NCBI GenBank assembly: GCA_046296715.1
Contig: JBKBIN010000021.1
Location: forward strand, 1-22,590
Direction of reading: 5' to 3'
DNA from: Candidatus Ratteibacteria bacterium
Lineage (GTDB): Bacteria > Ratteibacteria > UBA8468 > B48-G9 > JAFGKM01
DNA: 22,590 nucleotides
Shown: piece after piece, positions 17,683 through 22,590 of the stretch
How positions within the stretch are numbered: position 1 is the stretch's first letter
How the letters are laid out: each line of letters begins with the position of its first letter
The notes under the pieces: generated by a model
The model's database searches: none
What the model was told of the DNA's origin: nothing
What the model saw: the letters and a program-made list of their open reading frames with translations, nothing else
Position numbers and translations under genes: made by a program

Positions 17683-19122
17683 TTCCTCAATTAATTTCAA
17701 AGTTTGTTCAACAAGTTCTTTTCCTCCTTCTGGACCAACAATATTTGAAGGAGAAATGCTTCCATATCCACCACCTTTGATAGACCTGTCAGTGGGCAAA
17801 TATGTCCCAGGTCCTGTTAATTGAACTATAAATGTTTGCATTGATTTACTTCTTGCTTTAATCTGTATCCCATAATCAAGATAGAGTTCAAAAGGATTAG
17901 TTGCAAAAACAATATCACCTATTCTTAGAATATGTAAATCTATTTCAACTTTTGGATTTATTTTTTGTTTTTCAAACTTATCTTTCACACTCATATACCA
18001 CTGTGCTCTTCTGAAATTAAAAGTAACAGGAACATACCATCTATTTTCTCTTCTTTTCTCTGGATTTTTTTCTAATTCTTTTTTTAATCTTTCATATTCT
18101 TTATAGTATTTCTCTGCTTCGCTTAAGCAAAAATTCAATTCTTCCTCTGTTATCTTGCGTCTACTCAAAGGTATTTTTTTATAAATATAGGAAAAAGTTG
18201 GGTCATAAAAAATTTCTTTTTTTATTAAAGGTAAAATTTTTTCAATTCCATCTGCAATTCTTATAGCAATTTCTTCCCTTTCTGTTCTTCCAGAAAGAAT
18301 CAACATCCTCTCTTCTCCTTTTTTATTTATTAAGATATGTGGTGATTGATCCCCTGCTGAACTACATTGAGCAAGAACAAAAATATTTTCGCCAAACCTT
18401 TTTCTCAATTCATTTCTTGTTTCATACCAATAATCAGCACTTATTAAAAATTCATGTTCACTTACCTGTGACGGACAGGAGATATTTACAACAAAACCAG
18501 TTAATTTTTTTTCTTTGTCAAAGGTAGCCATAATATTTAAAGAATGGTCCTCATAGCCCTCTATATGACTGAAATTAGAATCATCTGTCTTCCCATACAT
18601 TTGAGAATGACCATCATAATAAGAAACCCTTCTATTTCTCCCAACAACAGCAAAACCAAATCCATAACCTATCCCACCTTCTTTTCTATTATCCCATGCT
18701 TTTTTTATTCCAAGTGCAATTTTTTCTGTTGCAAATTCAATATAATCTTTCACTTCCATAACAGGTAAATCAATTCCGTAAATTTCTTTTATATTTTTCT
18801 CCATTGTTCCTCTTATTATATCTCCGCCAGGTTCAGGTGCAGTATGGGTATGTGTAGCATTAACTATAATTCTTGTTTCATCTATGCCAGGTAATATTTT
18901 TTTAACCCTTTTTATAATATTTCTTTTAAATTCATAAGGAATAGCAACTAAATCACAACTTATCCATATTACATAACTTCCATCTTTTTCAAGTACAAGA
19001 ATTGTTGAAGTTATAGGATCTTTTACTCCTTCCGAAATTCTTGCATGAAATTGTCCACATAAACAAACTGGTTGGTTAGGTGTTATATTCACTTGTTCCC
19101 ATCCAATTAATAATTTCCCCAT
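17671..19122 (-). CDS. Neutral/alkaline ceramidase-like metallohydrolase of unknown substrate
   Basis: NITP...L.G, DP, SCDL, NATHTHTAP, NRR, AGDQSP and LRIGD...NPFEL follow the ceramidase-like amidohydrolase pattern; no signal peptide. Confidence 0.7.
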   Translation of the reverse strand: MGKLLIGWEQVNITPNQPVCLCGQFHARISEGVKDPITSTILVLEKDGSYVIWISCDLVAIPYEFKRNIIKRVKKILPGIDETRIIVNATHTHTAPEPGGDIIRGTMEKNIKEIYGIDLPVMEVKDYIEFATEKIALGIKKAWDNRKEGGIGYGFGFAVVGRNRRVSYYDGHSQMYGKTDDSNFSHIEGYEDHSLNIMATFDKEKKLTGFVVNISCPSQVSEHEFLISADYWYETRNELRKRFGENIFVLAQCSSAGDQSPHILINKKGEERMLILSGRTEREEIAIRIADGIEKILPLIKKEIFYDPTFSYIYKKIPLSRRKITEEELNFCLSEAEKYYKEYERLKKELEKNPEKRRENRWYVPVTFNFRRAQWYMSVKDKFEKQKINPKVEIDLHILRIGDIVFATNPFELYLDYGIQIKARSKSMQTFIVQLTGPGTYLPTDRSIKGGGYGSISPSNIVGPEGGKELVEQTLKLIEELFK

Positions 19123-19135
19123 TTAAATATCCTTT

Positions 19136-20437
19136 TTAATTTAAAGATTGTTCACATTTTTCAATAAATTTTTTAGGACCTATTTCTTTTACATAATCAA
19201 TAACTTTTTTAATTGCAATTCCAACAAGTTCTGCTACTTTTTCATCATTTGGAGCTCTCAATGGTTCAGTCATTCCAAAATGTGTATTGCAATGTTTCTG
19301 AGCATTTGGGTATTCTTCGGGATTATAATTTATTTCTTTTCCATAATATTTACAACTCCAAGGACATCCTTTACCATAAGCATTTTTTGCCTGAAAAACA
19401 GTCATAGCAGGAAGTATAAAACTTTGCCATATTCCACATTTAACTCCTTCTGCCTGAATTGCTTTTAAAACATAATCTCTAAACTTCCTTTCATCTATCT
19501 TAATTCCAAAATAATCCATATCCAATCTTATTGTATAGTTATACCAGTTATGTTCACAGTTTTCTGGAATATAAGGTAAAATCAAACCTTCAACTTCTTT
19601 TAATATACTTGTTAAAACATTAGCATTTCTTTTCTGAACTTCAAGATACCAGTCAAGTTTTTTTAATTGTCCTCTACCAAAAGCAGCAGTCAAATCATTA
19701 TTTCTATACATCCAGCCAAGTGCATATGCATGATAATCTCTATTTTCAAAAAGTGCTCTTGTTTCTCCAAAACTCCATAACATCTTTGCTCTATTATAAA
19801 TCTCTTCATTATCAGTAACAAACATACCACCCTCTCCTGAACATAAACATTTATTCTGATTAAAACTAAAAGCAGCACAATCGCCAAATGTTCCAACCTT
19901 TTTCCCTTTATATTTTGCTCCATGTGCTTGACATGCATCTTCTATAACTTTTAATCTATATTTTTGAGCAATTTTTAAAACTCTATCCATTTCCACAGGC
20001 AAACCATGAAGGTGGACAACTATAATTCCTTTTGTTTTTTCTGTAATTTTTTCTTCAATTTTATTAACATCTATATTCATCGTTTTAAAATCAATATCAA
20101 CAAAAACAGGTATACAATTATGATGTAAAATACATGTTGCTGAAGAACTCCATGAATATGCCGGCACTATTACTTCATCCCCACAACTAAAATCACATCC
20201 TGCAATTCCCATATGTAATGCAGCAGTTCCACTATTCGTTGTAATTGCATATTTATTTCCATTCCATTGAGCAAATTCTTTTTCAAATTCTTTACAATTT
20301 GGACCAAAACTATGAATTTCTCCATTTAACGAAGATAAAACATAATCAATATCTAACTTATCAATTGGTGGCCATTTTTTAATAGTCCCTTCAGGTATAA
20401 CTTTTTTTCCTCCAAAAATTGACAAATTATTTTTCAT
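19136..20437 (-). CDS. DegT/DnrJ/EryC1/StrS-family PLP-dependent sugar aminotransferase
   Basis: NSGTAALH, GDEVIVP, VIEDACQAHGA, FSFNQNK (PLP Lys), GEGG. Confidence 0.93.
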   Translation of the reverse strand: MKNNLSIFGGKKVIPEGTIKKWPPIDKLDIDYVLSSLNGEIHSFGPNCKEFEKEFAQWNGNKYAITTNSGTAALHMGIAGCDFSCGDEVIVPAYSWSSSATCILHHNCIPVFVDIDFKTMNIDVNKIEEKITEKTKGIIVVHLHGLPVEMDRVLKIAQKYRLKVIEDACQAHGAKYKGKKVGTFGDCAAFSFNQNKCLCSGEGGMFVTDNEEIYNRAKMLWSFGETRALFENRDYHAYALGWMYRNNDLTAAFGRGQLKKLDWYLEVQKRNANVLTSILKEVEGLILPYIPENCEHNWYNYTIRLDMDYFGIKIDERKFRDYVLKAIQAEGVKCGIWQSFILPAMTVFQAKNAYGKGCPWSCKYYGKEINYNPEEYPNAQKHCNTHFGMTEPLRAPNDEKVAELVGIAIKKVIDYVKEIGPKKFIEKCEQSLN

Positions 20438-21254
20438 TTTCTGCCTCCTCTAAAATTGATTTTAAAAATTTAAGTCCTTTTTCCATTGCTACATCAGGTT
20501 CATAATCATTTCCTTCGTACTCAAGATCTATATAACCATCATATCTATATTTCTTCATAATCTTAATAAGTTTCCTATAATCAATAATTCCCTCTCCAAC
20601 AAGAGCAGGTTTATATTTCTTTCCATCTATTCCCTCTTTTCCATGTTCTGAAAATATCCAATCTTTAAAATGGCAGTGTATTATATATTTTTGATTATTT
20701 ATAAAAGCATCTTCTGGTTTTTCACATCCAAGTATTACATTTCCAGAATCAAATGTAACTTTCAATTCTGGTATTTCCTTAATTGCAAAATTTATATCTT
20801 GTGAAGTTAAAAATGGACCATCAATATCAGGAAAATGTTCAACAGTTATTTTTATATTATATTTTTCGCTCTCTCTTATCACCTCTTTTAATCCTTCTAT
20901 AATATTTTTTCTTGACTCTTCTCTTGAAAATTCCTTTTTACCTCCAATAGGAAGCATTACCTTATCTGCTCCCAAAATTGAAGCAATTTCAAATCCCTTT
21001 TTAATTTCTTCTATTCCTTTCTGTCTTAAAGTTCTTTCTTTAAAATTTATATCAACAAAAAAAGTATAACAAACAGTTTTAAGGCAGTAATCGTCCATAA
21101 TTTTTTTTATTTCTTCTGGTTTATTTCCATATGTTGTGACCCAATCAATACCATCAAGACCAAGATTTTTTGTAAATTGACATAACTTTTCAATAGTAAA
21201 ACTTTCTTTCCATTTTCCTCTATACATTGTATAACTCATCATACTTATCTTCAT
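20427..21254 (-). CDS. Sugar phosphate isomerase/epimerase family TIM-barrel protein
   Basis: Metal-ligand pattern VEH...FDSGN...HCHFKD...VGEGIIDY...LEYE. Confidence 0.88.
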   Translation of the reverse strand: MKISMMSYTMYRGKWKESFTIEKLCQFTKNLGLDGIDWVTTYGNKPEEIKKIMDDYCLKTVCYTFFVDINFKERTLRQKGIEEIKKGFEIASILGADKVMLPIGGKKEFSREESRKNIIEGLKEVIRESEKYNIKITVEHFPDIDGPFLTSQDINFAIKEIPELKVTFDSGNVILGCEKPEDAFINNQKYIIHCHFKDWIFSEHGKEGIDGKKYKPALVGEGIIDYRKLIKIMKKYRYDGYIDLEYEGNDYEPDVAMEKGLKFLKSILEEAENEK

Positions 21255-21289
21255 CTTTATATCCTTTTGATTTAAATTTTACATTTTTT

Positions 21290-21329
21290 TTGCAAAAAAA
21301 CAATTTTCGTTTTATAATTTAAAGAGGGG
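21290..21329 (+). promoter_or_regulatory. Sigma70-type promoter and RBS of the 81-aa Cys-rich gene
   Basis: TTGCAA (21290-21295), 17-nt spacer, TATAAT (21313-21318), then GAGGGG (21324-21329) 4 nt before ATG 21334. Confidence 0.7.
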
Positions 21330-21333
21330 AAAA

Positions 21334-21579
21334 ATGGCACAAATTTATAAAGATAGAATAGAAGGATTATATTGTAAATGCACAAAAGGGGATATCGCTA
21401 TTTTTAAAGTTGAGATAGATAAAATTAAATGTATTTATTGTGGAAATGAAATAAAATGTATCCCACCAATTGAGTTTATTTGGAAAGAGAAATGCCCTCA
21501 TTGTGAAGGAAAAATGTCAACTTTTGTTATTGATTCATCTGGTATAAAATATTGTTCAAGATGTGGAAATTCTAAATAA
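21334..21579 (+). CDS. Small Cys-rich protein with two predicted zinc-ribbon units, function unknown
   Basis: Nine Cys arranged CKC, CIYC, a single C, CPHC, CSRC; own promoter and RBS; fills an intergenic gap without overlapping any gene. Confidence 0.8.
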   Translation: MAQIYKDRIEGLYCKCTKGDIAIFKVEIDKIKCIYCGNEIKCIPPIEFIWKEKCPHCEGKMSTFVIDSSGIKYCSRCGNSK

Positions 21580-22206
21580 TTATTTACACTGTCCAACCTT
21601 GCAAATTAAAAATATTCCAAAACAAATTAAAAAAATACCCAGAAAAACAGATAAATATTTTAAATATTTTTCTTTAATTAACCTTTTACTTTTATAAAAA
21701 GAATAGGAAACAAAACTATACCATAAAAAATCAGAAGAAATGTGGCCAAAAAAGAATAAAAATACACCAAAAAAACCATAAGGAAGTGCAAAAGAAAGAT
21801 AAACAAGCCCTATTGTAACCCACCATATAGTCCAGTAAGGATTACTTAAACTTACAAAAATTCCTTTTAAAATAAGTGAATAATTATTGGAAGAACCTTT
21901 AGAATATAAGAAATTTATTTTTTTTATAGAAATTAAAGTTAGAAAACCAAAACAAATTAAAAAAAAACCGCCAAAAATATTTAAATAATTCCAAATAATT
22001 TCTTTTTTTAAAACTTCTCCAAATCCTATAATTAAAAAAGTCACCATTAAAAGCTCAAGTATTGAATGACCAATTATTATAAGTGGACCGGCTTTATAGT
22101 CCTTTTTTACTGTTTCCTCAATTGTAATTGCAAGAAGCGGTCCCGGACTTATCGCACCTGAGAGACCAATAAAAAATGAAGTTAAAAAAATTAGATATGA
22201 TTTCAT
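21580..22206 (-). CDS. LysE-family translocator
   Basis: GLSGAISPGP, GHSILE, SLSNPYWTIWW; about six hydrophobic segments in 208 aa. Confidence 0.88.
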   Translation of the reverse strand: MKSYLIFLTSFFIGLSGAISPGPLLAITIEETVKKDYKAGPLIIIGHSILELLMVTFLIIGFGEVLKKEIIWNYLNIFGGFFLICFGFLTLISIKKINFLYSKGSSNNYSLILKGIFVSLSNPYWTIWWVTIGLVYLSFALPYGFFGVFLFFFGHISSDFLWYSFVSYSFYKSKRLIKEKYLKYLSVFLGIFLICFGIFLICKVGQCK

Positions 22207-22590
22207 TTAGATAAATTTTCAAGTTCGTAGATCAAAATTCCTATACTTATAACACTTGCAGTTTCAACTTTTAAGATTCTTTTCCCAAGAGAAGTGGGTA
22301 AATAATTATTTTCTATTGCAAGTTTTATTTCATCTTCGTCAAAACCACCTTCTGGACCTATAAAAACATTTATTTTCTTATTTATAATTTTGTCCTTATC
22401 AATTTCCTTTATAATATCTTTAATAGTTCTATTTCTTTCACCTTCCCAAAAAATTATTCCTATATCTTTTTCTTCTCTTATAGATTTTTCAAAATTTGAT
22501 AATTCTGAAATTTCAGGAACAAAAACTCTACCTGAAATTTTTGATGCTTCTTCAGCAATTTTATTCCATCTTTTAATTTTATTTTCAATT
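22203..22590 (-). CDS. rsmE: 16S rRNA m3U1498 methyltransferase, 3' part (start outside the window)
   Basis: Not in the ORF track. Manual translation gives ...RWNKIAEEASKISGR...VFIGPEGGF...SLGKRILKVETA...ENLSK*; the TGA overlaps the LysE ATG. Confidence 0.93.
   Translation of the reverse strand, partial: IENKIKRWNKIAEEASKISGRVFVPEISELSNFEKSIREEKDIGIIFWEGERNRTIKDIIKEIDKDKIINKKINVFIGPEGGFDEDEIKLAIENNYLPTSLGKRILKVETASVISIGILIYELENLSK

Noticed and set aside
320..19938. Short alternative-frame ORFs in the track (e.g. 320-571, 784-1140, 2387-2602, 8645-8950, 11573-11836, 13099-13464, 19148-19468, 19690-19938)
   Set aside because: All lie within or almost entirely overlap well-supported genes, mostly antisense, and show no recognisable motifs; treated as shadow ORFs.
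5893..21254. fab genes plus acyl-CoA dehydrogenase plus DegT as a secondary-metabolite (type II PKS or aminoglycoside) cluster
   Set aside because: The fab genes are canonical primary FAS II in rpmF-plsX context, with no chain-length factor, cyclase or glycosyltransferase; the DegT cassette is separated from them by housekeeping genes.
19123..21268. Similar AAAGGATAT sequences upstream of the genes starting at 19122 and 21254
   Set aside because: Adequately explained as Shine-Dalgarno sites in AT-rich DNA.
1..22590. CRISPR array, tRNA/rRNA, riboswitch, prophage or anti-phage defence genes
   Set aside because: No intergenic gap exceeds about 85 bp, no spaced direct repeats or GC-rich structured segments were seen, and no ORF carries recognisable phage, nuclease or defence motifs.

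Overview
AT-rich bacterial chromosomal window with about 26 densely packed genes, nearly all on the minus strand. The core is a long, apparently translationally coupled housekeeping run read right to left: hisI-secD-secF-rsmD-coaD-rpmF-plsX-fabH-fabD-fabG-acpP-fabF. It continues with almost no gaps into an uncharacterised 457-aa protein, an acyl-CoA dehydrogenase, an RluD-type pseudouridine synthase and a Gfo/Idh/MocA oxidoreductase. To the left is a separately promoted unit: an AraR-like GntR/LacI-fold regulator, a metallo-beta-lactamase-fold hydrolase and a secreted CBM9-like/FlgD-Ig/beta-propeller protein. That last gene appears to be cut off by the right end of an IS481-like insertion sequence in bases 1-77, which the ORF track does not show. 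To the right is a three-gene cassette (TIM-barrel sugar isomerase, DegT aminotransferase, ceramidase-like hydrolase) that may be an undescribed catabolic route for N-acyl/amino sugars. Also present are two small plus-strand genes (a minimal PCHR alkyltransferase and a tandem zinc-ribbon protein with its own promoter), a LysE transporter and the 3' part of rsmE. No rRNA, tRNA or CRISPR array was seen. All family calls come from motif recognition by eye, not from database searches.
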